Shown here one piece after another: positions 15,108 through 27,400 of a stretch of 64,000 nucleotides of DNA. Source of the stretch: Balanoglossus misakiensis. Its lineage: Eukaryota; Animalia; Hemichordata. A program made the translations under genes and the position numbers. The DNA lies in assembly GCA_040954595.2 (NCBI GenBank), contig CM082584.2, positions 2,635,344 to 2,699,343 on the forward strand. Reading direction: 5' to 3'. Every line of letters begins with the position of its first letter. Position 1 is the first letter of the stretch. Under the pieces are notes generated by a model that worked only from the letters and a program-made list of their open reading frames with translations, ran no database searches and had not been told where the DNA came from.

Positions 15108-18100
15108 GATGATGATGATGATAGATAGTTTATTTCACCAGAAAGATGCATTTTACATAACTGGTGCGGACCAGGGAAGTAGTTCTAGTGGAACTAGTCG
15201 TGTCCCTGGCCCTAAATACATACAAATCATTGAAACAATTAATATAATTGCCAATTCATATCACAAAACAATAGTTGGTAGTCAAACAACGCGGTGACAA
15301 AGTAAACAGGTTTATAAAAGAGGTTAAATTAATCTATGCTCAACAGATACATTTTCAGAGAGCTTTTAAATAAATTCCTTGATTGAAATGATTTTATTTG
15401 TGTAGGAATTTCATTCCAATGCTTGGCAATAGAATAGTATAAATTATTTTGAGATGAAGTAAGTTTTACTTTGGGAAGCGTAAACTTATCAGTAGAGGCA
15501 AATCTTGTAAAATATTTGTGTGATACAAATGAAGCATAGCGATCTAGTGAGTGGGCGTAATGCCCTGCCTTTAGATCATACGCAAAAACACAAGTTTGAA
15601 ATTTACAGAGTTTGTAAACATTAAGAATTCCAAGTTGCTGAAAAAGTGGTGCACTATGTGTATTGGGGCTAGAAAATGTTATAAGTCTTACAAGTCTCTT
15701 TTGCAATTTGAAAATACAATCTAAATAGGTTTTATACGCATTTCCCCATATTTCGCTACAATACATTATATGGGGAAGGATAAGACAATTGTATAATAAT
15801 AAAATTATAGACTTAGGGAGATAATGGCGTACATATGAAATAATACCGATTTTTTGGCTAACCTTCTTAAAAATAATGTTGATGTGAGACTTCCAGGATA
15901 ATGATGAGTCAAGAGTAACTCCAAGATAAACAGCAGATGAAACATTTTGTATTGGTAAATCAGAGACATATAAATCCCCCTCAGGATTAAATTTTGCCTT
16001 GGCTGTTTTGAAAATAACATAGTTTGTTTTGTCAATATTAATAGTAAGTTTATTTGACTTACACCAGGTCTGTACTTTAGTTAGCTAAACATTCAGAGTG
16101 GCAAGATCGATTTTGTCCTGCTTATCTGAACAAAATAAATTGGTATCATCTTCAAATAACCTGAGTTGAAAATAGTCTGAGGACCTGCAGATATCATTTA
16201 TATATACTAGAAAAAGAAGTGGACCTAGAATTGATCCCTGTGGAATCCCACAGGAGATCCTTTTCACTTTTGAAGTATAATTATTGACCTTGACATACTG
16301 TTGTCGGTCTTCTATATAAGTCTTAAACCAATTAAGTGTGGATCCCCTAATCCCATAGTGGCATAGCTTAGCTAACAAAATTGTGTGGTTAATCGTATCA
16401 ACTGCCTTTTTAAAATCAATAAAGATACCAAAGGTAACAAGACCGTTATCAATGTGCTTTGATATTTCAGTTGTGAGATCTGCTAAAGCTAACTTAGTAC
16501 TATATTTCTTACGAAATCCATATTGGCTGTTAGTGAGAATATCAAATTTTTCGAAAAAAGAACACAGTTGCTTATTTACAATAGACTCATACAGCTTACT
16601 AAAGATTGGCAAGACAGAGATAGGTCTGTAATTTCCTATTTCATGAACACAACCCTTTTTAAAAATTGGTGTTACTCTTGCCATTTTCAGTTTCTCTGGA
16701 AAAATACCCTGTGGCAAGGAAATATTAACAATATGAGCAAATGGTTCTGTAATATAATCAGCTGCTTCCTTTACAAGTTTTGGATATATTTCATCAAAAC
16801 CAGCAGCTTTACAATGGTCTAATAAATTAATTTCTCTGAGTATATCACCAGAATGCACAGGATGGAAAAAGAACGAATTAAAATGACGAATACCAAGGTA
16901 ATCATTGAAATTAGTGCTACAATGTATTTGTGATGCTAGATTTTGTCCAATGTTGACAAAAAAAGAATTAAAAGCGTCAGCTATATCAATATTTTTAGTA
17001 ACAAAATTCCCAGGGTTTTTGTCATCTTTTATTTTTTGTGGAGCATTAACCTTTGAATTTTTGTTCAGGATTTCATTGATGACTTGCCATTTTTTGTGGT
17101 CCTTCCCAGAGGCTACAGACAGTTGCAATTTATCACAAAAATACTTCTTTTTTGCTCGTCGCATCAGCTTTGTTAACAGGTTGCGATAAAGTTTGTACTC
17201 TTGATGAATAGATGAGCTTGCAGAATGGCGTTTTGTTTTGGAGAACATCTTATGCTTGTTTTTAATTGAGACCAGAAGTCCTTTTGTGATCCATGGTTTC
17301 CGTAAGCGCTTACGCTGGTTTGAACACCGTTTGACTGGCACGTGTCTTGTTGCCATATCATGAAACAATTTGTAAAAGGTATTATAGGCAACATTCGGAT
17401 CATTAGAGTCGTAAACATCCTGCCAAGAAATATTTGCAAAGTCATTTTTATAAGAAACTGGATCAAATGAAGAAAAATCACACTTGAAATCAGTTGTTTC
17501 AACATTGAATACATGGCGTAAATCCTTAAAGATGGCAAAGATGGGATAATGGTCACTTATATCAGTCTGTATTATAACACACCATGCAGCGAACCCTCGA
17601 TCGTGATTCGTCAATACGACGTCACGTGACATTAGTCATTTCGAACTGTTGCCTAGGGCATCAGTTCGATCGGTTTGGTGTGTTATAAAACACATGATGA
17701 CTGACATATTCGGGCAACAGTGTATTTTTAATGACCTCGGGACTGCCAGTCACACCAAAACAGTCTGTTTCCCTCGGGCTATGCCCTCGGGAAAACAAGA
17801 CTGTTTTAGTTGTGACTAGCAGCACCTCGGTCATCAAAATACACTGTTGCCCTCATTGTCAGTCATCATGTGTATACTGTCTCACTTTCAATGAACTGGT
17901 CACGAAAATTTACATGACAATGATCTATTAATGTGTAGCGATATATTCATTAAAGACAGTGTTATCGCCATCTATATTTATATTGAAATCCCCTAGTAAA
18001 ACGCATTTTTTGTTGGTAATGCGTAGATTATCAAGACAATCTGATAAACTGGTTAAAAATTCCTGAGTAGGTGTATTTGGTCTGCGATATATGACACCTA

Positions 18101-19040
18101 TGATGACCTTGCTTTTTCAAGTAGGATTTCAACAAAAAGACATTCGCAATGTTGGAGAACAACTGAGTCTATTATAGAGTATGATAACGACTCGTGTAAA
18201 TAGAGACCAACACCTCCTCCTCTGGAAACAGCTCTACATTTATGAACAAAGTTGTATGAAGGGAGGTTATATAATGATGCATCAACACCTGGGTCTAGCC
18301 ATGTTTCACTGAGGGCAATGACAGAAAATTTGCATTTCAATAGCGACAGAACAACTGACAAGTCATCAAAGTGACGTCTGATCGATCTAATATTCAAATG
18401 AAGAGTTGAAAATGACTGCAGAGTCAGAAGGGAATCGTTTGCATTAAATTCGTCCAAAGTATAAGACTTACAATTATAGTTACTTTGCAAGAAGTGGTCT
18501 GTGGTTTCGCCGATGATGAGTTTGCTTGTACACTATGATGTAGTAGTTAAAGGACGCCTAGCAGATTTTGGCGAGACTTTCCTCATTCGGAATGTAGACA
18601 GTTGGTGACCCGTCGACTTTCTTTGTCAGGATTTTTCCGTATTGCGTCCACAAGTATTTCCATCCATATTCTTTTCTTCTGGCATTTACCTTTGTGAATA
18701 AAGATCTTCGTCCTGGTGTCAGATTTTCGTTGATGTATATCTTGTTTTCTACTTGGTAGCCAATGTCCGATGTTTTGAAGCGAGACATATTTTTGCGTTG
18801 CTTGTAGACCGCGTCACGAATTTTTCTTCTGGTGAAACGCACAATGATTGCGGCAGGAAACCGGGTATTGGTACCTTGGTCAATGTGTTCATTGCCGAGT
18901 GCTTGACGTTTCTTGATTCGATGTGACACGTCAATATCTGAACTGGTTATGTCTTTTTCTATGAGTTGGATGACTTTCAGGGCTACTGTATCAGTATTTT
19001 CATTTGGCAATTCTGGTATGCCTCTTATTTCAAGATACAC
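15108..19040 (-). mobile_element. Near full-length CR1-group LINE, copy 2 (ORF1 C-terminal part, APE endonuclease, RT), inactivated
   Basis: ORF1 18558-19040 (LEIRGIPE..DIDVSHRI..IIVRF..IYINENLT..W...G.I; RRM/CTD type). APE 18490 to ~17560 (HLNIRS, LSETWL, GGGV, SDH). RT 16085-17560 and 15329-16080 with FADD->FEDD and a premature stop after LATLNV. (CAT)n/(TATC)n tail. Confidence 0.9.
17572..17874. mobile_element. 303-bp palindromic non-autonomous element inserted at TA in the LINE endonuclease (Crypton-like architecture, tentative)
   Basis: Short IR ataacacacc/ggtgtgttat plus a long fold-back 17690-17873 centred on ccctcgggctatgccctcggg. TA at 17570-71 and 17875-76. Removal restores ...ESETV-QTDISDH. 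Confidence 0.7.
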
Positions 19041-20872
19041 CTACGAACCTCTCAATTTAACCAAGCTATTGTGCATTTCTCGACCAAGCATACAAAATTA
19101 AACAATATGCGTTGTAACACACCAAAGCGGTAGAGTCCAGGACTGAACCAAGAGCACAGAGAATTTAAATGTTTAAATCAATTACTACTTAGAGAGAAAT
19201 CATGGCTTAATCTCAGTTCAAATTGCATATTAGTGCTGAACGTCCACTTTAGCTTAGACATCGCAACCATTAGCATGAAGCCCGAGTAATTAGTCAGCTA
19301 TGTGAAAAATACAATGTTTCAAACTTTTAAGATTTTTAAAATTTTGTTGGTGACCCTTCCATGTTGCTATGCTCAACTTCGCCTTTGAAACCCAAAATGC
19401 ATAACGGCAACAGAATCCAATGGTTTGAATGATGGATTCTCGCTCTTACTGTTAGACAGTAATACCGCAATGCATTGTGGTAACAGTATCCAGCGGTATC
19501 CACAAAGGATTCTGAAATGTATTCTCAAATACCAAAGATTTGTGGATACTGTGAGAATCCATTGTATATTCTTATGCTGGATACCATCTAGAGGATATCG
19601 AAGGATTCTCTGTGGATTCCATTGTATATTGTAAGAATCCATCAAAATGGATTCTGTTGTAACTCGATGGATACGGAACATTTCACACAGTGAAAACTTG
19701 TGCACATGTAAAGTGGGAAAGAATATTTTGACACATGACTTATGGATATCATATGTATAAACTTGCAGCAAGTTATTTGTAATGTCAATGGAAGAAAGAA
19801 CAGGACGAAGATACTTTAGCCATCGCCCAAGAAATCTTATCATCTTACTGTTAAACACCACATACCTAAATAGAGAATAATGTATATGTATTACACGAAA
19901 AATTAAACTGTATTTACTAAGTGAACATCTACAAGAAAAGTAATTGCTGTTAGAAATTAGCAAATGGTTATTTCGAGTATAACACGCAACCGGCCCGGGC
20001 GACGATGCATTTCAAGGCTCAGGTAGCCAGAGCCTATCGCAACACAGTAAGTGCACGATATGTGCACACATGGATATTTCTCTGTCAATTAATGTGCAGT
20101 TGCGCTATATGCTAACAGAGAGGTCCCAAAATAGGCGTACATGATTTCAGAGATGCTAGTTCATTAAATCTTTATCGAAGCTTCTCCATGCAACTGGAAA
20201 ACATCTTTGTTGGCCTTGTAACTGTCTTAAGTCGCTGGCTATGAAACAGACACTCTATTCAACAAAAGTGCATTTTCCGTCATTAATCTCTATAATAAAA
20301 CTGGCACAACTATCTGTAACTTGTGACTATTTTGTCAGTTTTATTGTTCTGTGTGTAAACCATGGTTTCTTGTTCGGCTCCCTATATCAGGATTAGTATT
20401 TGTCTTCTCAACTCTACCAGCATGTGTTTTTGTTGACAAAAAATGCATTCAAGCCCGGACTTGAATGCATTTCTTAATAGTAAGAATGGTCTACACACGT
20501 AAACATGACTTGTTGACTCATAGACATTTTGGGATAAATTCCAGGCAGGAGAACAAGAAAATGTGTGATGTGGTTGAAACATAAAACAAAAATTCTGAGA
20601 GAATAACCAGATTCAAATAAATGCCCGTTAATGCATTTATTTAAACCAATTTGAGAAAAAATGAAACAAATAACGCAAGTGAGGTTGAACTATTAAGCTT
20701 AGAATATTTATTTCCAGGTAATTGTCATATGTAAATGGCTTCAGTGTGATATTTTTGCATCCTGCATCGTATCATGGACAGTCATCTCAACATATAACTG
20801 TTATGTCAGAATGAAAGTCAGGATGAAAATTACTGTTAGGGACATTTTTAAAGAAAAACGCATGTATGATCA

Positions 20873-22177
20873 TGGCTAACCTTCTTAAAAATAATGTTGA
20901 TGTGAGACTTCCAGGATAATGATGAGTCAAGAGTAACTCCAAGATAAACAGCAGATGAAACATTTTGTATTGGTAAATCAGAGACATATAAATCCCCCTT
21001 AGGATTAAATTTTGCCTGGGCTGTTTTGAAAATAACATAGTTTGTTTTGTCAATATTAATAGTAAGTTTATTTGACTTACACCAGGTCTGTACTTTAGTT
21101 AGCTAAACATTCAGAGTGGCAAGATCGATTTTGTCCTGCTTATCTGAACAAAATAAATTGGTATCATCTTCAAATAACCTGAGTTGAAAATAGTCTGAGG
21201 ACCTGCAGATATCATTTATATATACTAGAAAAAGAAGTGGACCTAGAATTGATCCCTGTGGAATCCCACAGGAGATCCTTTTCACTTTTGAAGTATAATT
21301 ATTGACCTTGACATACTGTTGTCGGTCTTCTATATAAGTCTTAAACCAATTAAGTGTGGATCCCCTAATCCCATAGTGGCATAGCTTAGCTAACAAAATT
21401 GTGTGGTTAATCGTATCAAATGCCTTTTAAAAATCAATGAAGATACCGTTATCAATGTGCTTTTTCAGTTGTGAGATCTGCTAAAGCTAACTTGGTACTA
21501 AATTTCTTACGAAATCCATATTGGCTGTTAGTGGGAATATCAAATTTTTCAAAAAAAGAACACAGTTGCTTATTTACAATAGACTCGTACAGCTTACTAA
21601 AGATTGGCAAGACAGAGATAGGTTTGTAATTTCCTATATCATGAACACAACCCTTTTTAAAAATTAATGTTACTCTTGCCATTTTCAGTTTCTCTGGAAA
21701 AATACCCTGTGACAAGGAAATATTAACAATATGAGCAAATGGTTCTGTAATATAATCAGCTGATTCCTTTACAAGTTTTGGATAAATATCATCAAAACCA
21801 GCAGCTTTACAATGATCTAATACATTAATTTCTCTGAGTATATCACCAGAATGCACAGGATGGAAAAAGAAAGAATGAAAATGACGAATACCAAGGCAAT
21901 CATTGAAATTAGCGCTACAATGTATTTGTGATGCTAGATAGCGCTACAATGTATTTGTGATGCTAGATTTTGTCCAATGTTGACAAAAAAAAAATTAAAG
22001 GCGTCAGCTATATCAATATTTTTAGTAACAAAATTCCCGGGGTGTTTGTCATCTTTTATTTTTTGTGGAGCATTAAGCTTTGAATTTTTGCTCAAGATTT
22101 CATTGATGACTTGCCATTTTTTGTGGTCCTTCCCAGAGGCTACAGACAGTTGCAATTTATCACAAAAATACTTCTTT
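20873..22177 (-). mobile_element. Internal fragment of the same CR1-group LINE, copy 3
   Basis: ORFs 21103-21396, 21452-21856 and 21934-22155 are near-identical to copies 1/2. No 3' tail; small deletions and a ~28-bp tandem duplication near 21910-21968. Confidence 0.9.
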
Positions 22178-22216
22178 GTGTGGTTGAACTATAAGGCTAA
22201 GAATATTTATCTCCAA

Positions 22217-22420
22217 GTACATGTGTATATGTAGTGAATGAACGCTCAACCACAGACAACTTCCATCCCACTTGTAGATACGACAGTGAAAAATCACGCC
22301 AATATAAATAATTGGTCTCTACCATCAATTCATGTTGGGTGAGGTTCTACTCTCTTATCATACAAGCAGGATGGAAGTTGTGTGTGATTGAACGTCCATT
22401 CACTACATATTCACATGTAC
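22217..22420. mobile_element. Fold-back MITE
   Basis: gtacatgtg.atatgtagtgaatg.acg.tcaa..aca.acaacttccatcc mirrored at the right end; related diverged copy at ~38781-38937. Confidence 0.65.
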
Positions 22421-22469
22421 ATTAACATAAACGGTATCTTGTATCAAACATAATTGATGGAAAAGGGCA

Positions 22470-22720
22470 GCAAGAGAGAGGACTTTGTCCCTTTAAGATT
22501 ACATATCAACGGAAAATGGTCAGATCCAAACACTGTAGGGATTTCAAACCGAGTGATATACAGAAACAATCTTGTTGAAATACAACAATAATTCACTGTA
22601 CTTCTACCTCTGTTTGCTATACAAGTACAGTTACCATCCTCGTCTCCGGGAACTCTCCCATTTAAACAAAATGAACAGAAAGTGTACAACACAATGATAT
22701 CAAACTTAGACCGAATTTTT
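22470..22720 (-). mobile_element. Degraded LINE APE endonuclease fragment
   Basis: LNGRVPGDEDGNCTC..RGRSTVNY...GSDHFPL resembles the C-terminal APE motifs (S.vDY, SDH.P). Confidence 0.6.
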
Positions 22721-23058
22721 TTAGTTTTATGTTTTGACTGTCGTGGGATTGTATAGTGAGACTTTCCCTCTCTGAGACCTCTCGCCGCAGCAGAAGTAAT
22801 TTTGCATGTATGCCTTAGGTGGGATATTGTGGTATAGGATAACGTTACATCGTACCTGAATTCGATACAATGTGCTGATGGCGTAAACATGCTACGAAAC
22901 TCGATGCTTTATTCTTCTGTGCGGCACGCGAATTCTATCAGCCATCTGGTGCGTGCACAGAACAACTCACATTCGCGTTTGGTATCTTCACTAACAACCA
23001 TCCACTCCCTTGCAATTGTCACGAGATTTGCTCGACATTTCCGCAGTTTACACGTCTC

Positions 23059-23870
23059 CCAAGATATATCTAATGCCAACATCAATAAAAGACTTGGACA
23101 CACACCTTTGTCTATATATGGGAATATACAAATTAGAAGTATTGTATTCCTTTAAATTCAGTACTACATTCTTGGTTTCCGACGATTAAACAAGCATGCT
23201 TCTTCCAAAATATATCTAATAACAACATCAATAAAAGACTTGGACACACCCCTTTGTCTATATATGGGAATATACAAATTAGAAGTATTGTATTCCTTTA
23301 AATTCAGTACTACATTCTTGGTTTCCGACGATTAAACAAGCATGCTTCTTCCAAAATATATCTAATAACAACATCAATAAAAGACTTGGACACACCCCTT
23401 TGTCTATATATGGGAATATACAAATTAGAAGTATTGTATTCCTTTAAATTCAGTACTACATTCTTGGTTTCCGACGATTAAACAAGCATGCTTCTTCCAA
23501 AATATATCTAATAAAAACATCAATAAAAGACTTGGACACACCCCTTTGTCTATATATGGGAATATACAAATTAGAAGTATTGTATTCCTTTAAATTCAGT
23601 ACTACATTCTTGGTTTCCGACGATTAAACAAGCATGCTTCTTCCAAAATATATCTAATAACAACATCAATAAAAGACTTGGACACACCCCTTTGTCTATA
23701 TATGGGAATATACAAATTAGAAGTATTGTATTCCTTTAAATTCAGTACTACATTCTTGGTTTCCGACGATTAAACAAGCATGCTTCTTCCAAAATATATC
23801 TAATAAAAACATCAATAAAAGACTTAGACACACGTTGTTTACCATATATGGGATTATTTAAATTAGAGGT
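23059..23870 (+). repeat. Tandem array of a 146-bp unit, ~5.5 near-identical copies
   Basis: atcaataaaagactt recurs at 23081, 23227, 23373, 23519, 23665 and 23811. Confidence 0.9.
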
Positions 23871-24484
23871 TGATTATTCTTTTACCCCTTTCACCACTAT
23901 AGTCCAGTCCAAACCAGTTGTTTTCCATGGGAAGGTTGGACATCTATAGAGGGGTCTGGGCTTGAAAGGGTTAAATTCAACACATGTAGTACTCTAGAGG
24001 CAATTGTACATAAAGTCGATCGAAAAAACATGACGCCTATTGTATGATGGAATAATCTTGTGCGCACATGAGAGAAGCGGTTTTAAAGGCGTGGATATAC
24101 CACGTCACACACGTCACTATATTCGCTCAACAATGGGATAACTACATCGATGGCTGTGCTACTTTAGTATTGTATCCGTGGTAATTTTCTCACATACCGA
24201 GGTGACAGTGAACGGTATTGTAGACAATTTTCATGTTTTCCACTTTAATGTATTCCTGATGGTAATCTCAGTATAAGAGTAGCAGTGTTTAACAACTTCA
24301 TTATCTTGCCATAGACATGTCATTTCGAGGAAAGTGACAATGATCACAAATCATAACAGTTTTGAATTCTGTTATTAAATGTCAGAATATACGTTCAATC
24401 TATGTACCATCAGTTGCCAACACTATAAATACTTGAAGTTAATGTAGACAATACACGTTTTTAAATTAACGTGCACATTCTAGT

Positions 24485-27400
24485 TAGGGTTTCGAGACCT
24501 TGAAATCGTGTTGTTAGGGCCCAAGCGCACGCAAGCGCTTGGGCCCTATTGGTTTCGTTGGGGTTTTTTAGGGCCCAAGCCCAGCAGGCTTGGGCCCTAT
24601 TGGTATTACTGGGGTTTTTTAGGGCACAAGCCCCACAGGCTTGTGCCCTATTGGTATTGTTGGCTTTTTTCTTCTACTTCTTCTTGGGCACTTTTTTCGG
24701 CCAGGTAGATCTGAAAAACTGCTGAACCCAAAAATCTCAAATTTGGCACAATGGTGCAGGCCAATGAGAGCTGGTGCAGTACCCTCGTGAATGTTCAATA
24801 AGTCATGTGACCTGATGACCATATATGGGCAAAATTTTCAAATCGGCCTTATTTGCATATGCACGGAGATATCAAAATTCTTTTAGCAACTTTTGTGAAC
24901 CATGTGGTCAGGGTTCTACATGCCAAATGTCAAGGCCATAGGCCTTGTCAATTTTGAGAAGAAGATTTTTAAGTATTATTTTTCATATTTTTCGGCCAAG
25001 CCATCGGCCTATACTATACATAGTTAAGCTTTGACCACATTTTATTTTGGATGAATATGCAGTCATATCTCAAAATATGTTGGGCCGATCAACTCCAAGT
25101 TTGGTGTGCAGGTAGCTTAGCATTTGCCAATAATTTTAAGCGAAAAAAATTAATATGAAAAATCGACCGATTTTTTTATATTAATTTTTTTATGAAATTT
25201 ATACCTTTACTTATACCTCTATGGTTAAGCTATGTCCACGTCTTATTGTAGAATTCTGGTCTGTGCAATGTTCCTGTACACTGACTGTCTATTGGCCCGT
25301 GCGCAGAATGGGACCAAAATAAAAGGCAAAATTTTGGGCTCACCTGTAACACCTGCTTAACTCATTAATTATGCACATACCTCATTCCGGGCTAACTAAT
25401 AAGGCTAGAGGTATTGTTCTTGTGTGACAAGGACTAGTATGGGGTCAAAAATGTTTACCAAATTTTCGGTGACCTCAGGTGACCTTTGACCTACTTTCCT
25501 ATATCTCGGCATCCAGAGCAGGTACAGACTTGGCGTTTGGAGGGTTGTGACTAAAATTGAAAAGCCAAAATGGGGATCACCTGTGACACCTGCATATCTC
25601 ATTAATTATGTGCATACCTAATTCCAGGCTAACCAGTACAGCTATAGGTTTGGTTTTTGTTGAACATGGACCAGTATAGGGTCAAAATTTCTTGCCCAAA
25701 TTTTGCATGACCTCAGGTGACCTTTGACCTACTTTACCATATCTTGGCATCCAGAGCAGGTACAGACTTGGCGTTCGGAGGGTTGGGATTAAAATTGAAA
25801 AGCCGAATTGGCGCTCACCTGTGTCACCTGCATATCTCATTAATTATGTGCATACCTAATTCCAGGCTAACCAACAGAGCTATAGGTTTGGTTTTTGTTA
25901 AACATGGACCAGTATAGGGTCAAAATTTCTTGCCCAAATTTTGCATGACCTCAGGTGACCTTTGACCTACTTTACCAGATCTCGGCATCCAGAGCAGGTA
26001 CAGGCTTGGCGTTTGGAGGGTTGGGACTAAAATTGGAAAGCCAAATTGGGGGTCAGTTGTGATACCTGCCTACCTCATTAATTATGTGCATACCTAATTC
26101 CAGGCTAACCAATAGGGCTATAGGTTTGGTTTTTGTTGAACATGGACCAGTATAGGGTCAAAATTTCTTGCCCAAATTTTGCATGAACTCAGTTGACCTT
26201 TGACCTACTTTACCATATCTTGACATCCAGAGTAGATATGCTTATTGCTATGTTGCTATGTGCTATGTTGGCTTGGGCCCGCTATTGCTGCTTGCAGCTA
26301 TATTCTTCTACTTCTTCTTCTTCTTGTGTCATTTTTTTGTCCAGCTAGATCTTGAAAACGGCTGAACCTACAAATCTCACATTTGGCACAATGGTGCAGG
26401 CCAATGAGAGCTAGTGCAGTACCCTTGTGAATGTTAAATTAGTCACGTGACCTGATGACCATATATGGGCAAAGTTTTCAAATCGACCTAATTTGCATAT
26501 GAATGGAGATATCAAAATTCTTTTAGCAACTTTTGCGGACCATGTGGCCAGGGTTCTACATGCCAAATGTCAAGGCCATTGGCCATTCCAATTTTGAGAA
26601 GAAGATTTTTAAGTATTATTTTTCATATTTTTTACCAAGCCATGGGCCTATACTTTCCATAGTAAAGCCATGACCACATATTATTTTGGATAAATATGCA
26701 TACATATCTCAAAATCTGTCAGGCCAATCTTCTTCAACTTTGGTATGCAGCTAGCCTAGCATTTGTCAATAATTTTAAGCGAAAAAAAATAGTATGAAAA
26801 ATCGACCGATTTTTTTATATTAATTTTTTTATTAAATAATACCTTTACTTATACCTCTATGGATAAGCTATGTCCATGTCTTATTGTGGAATTCTGGTCT
26901 GTGCAATAGTCCTGTACAGTGACTGTCTATTGGTCGGTGAGCACAATGGCACCAAAATAAAAGGCACAATTTTAGGCTCACCTGTAACACCTGCTTAACT
27001 CATTAATTATGTGCATACCTAATTCTGGGCTAAATAAGAGGGCTAGAGGTTTCGTTCTTGTGGGACATGGACCAGTATAGGGTCAAAATTTCTTGCCCAA
27101 ATTTTGGGTGACCTCAGGTGACCTTTGACCTACTTTCCTATATCTTGGCATCCAGAGCAGGTACAGACTTGGCGTTTGGAGGGTTGGGACTAAAATTGAA
27201 AAGGCAACACTGGGGGTCACCTGTGACACCTGCTTAACTCATTAATTATGTGCATACCTAATTCCGGGTTAACTAAGAGGGCTAGAGGTTTCGTTCTTGT
27301 GGGACATGGACCAGTATAGGGTCAAAATTTCTTGCCCAAATTTTGGGTGACCTCAGGTGACCTTTGACCTACTTTCCTATATCTCCGCATCCAGAGCAGG

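Larger units (their letters stand above)
13832..19692. mobile_element. Non-autonomous CACTA/EnSpm-like element hosting LINE copy 2
   Basis: AA|CACTGTGTGAAAT ... ATTTCACACAGTG|AA (13-bp TIR, 2-bp AA duplication). Arrays of GAATCCA/TGGATTC subterminal repeats at ~13850-14075 and ~19414-19672. Confidence 0.7.

Noticed and set aside
12380-17189. Plus-strand ORFs overlapping the LINEs
   Set aside because: Antisense shadows of the RT reading frame.
19373-19963. 196-aa minus-strand ORF
   Set aside because: Runs through CACTA-like subterminal repeats and has no recognisable motifs.
23059-23870. CRISPR-like array
   Set aside because: Units are wholly repeated with no unique spacers, there are no cas genes, and the context is eukaryotic.
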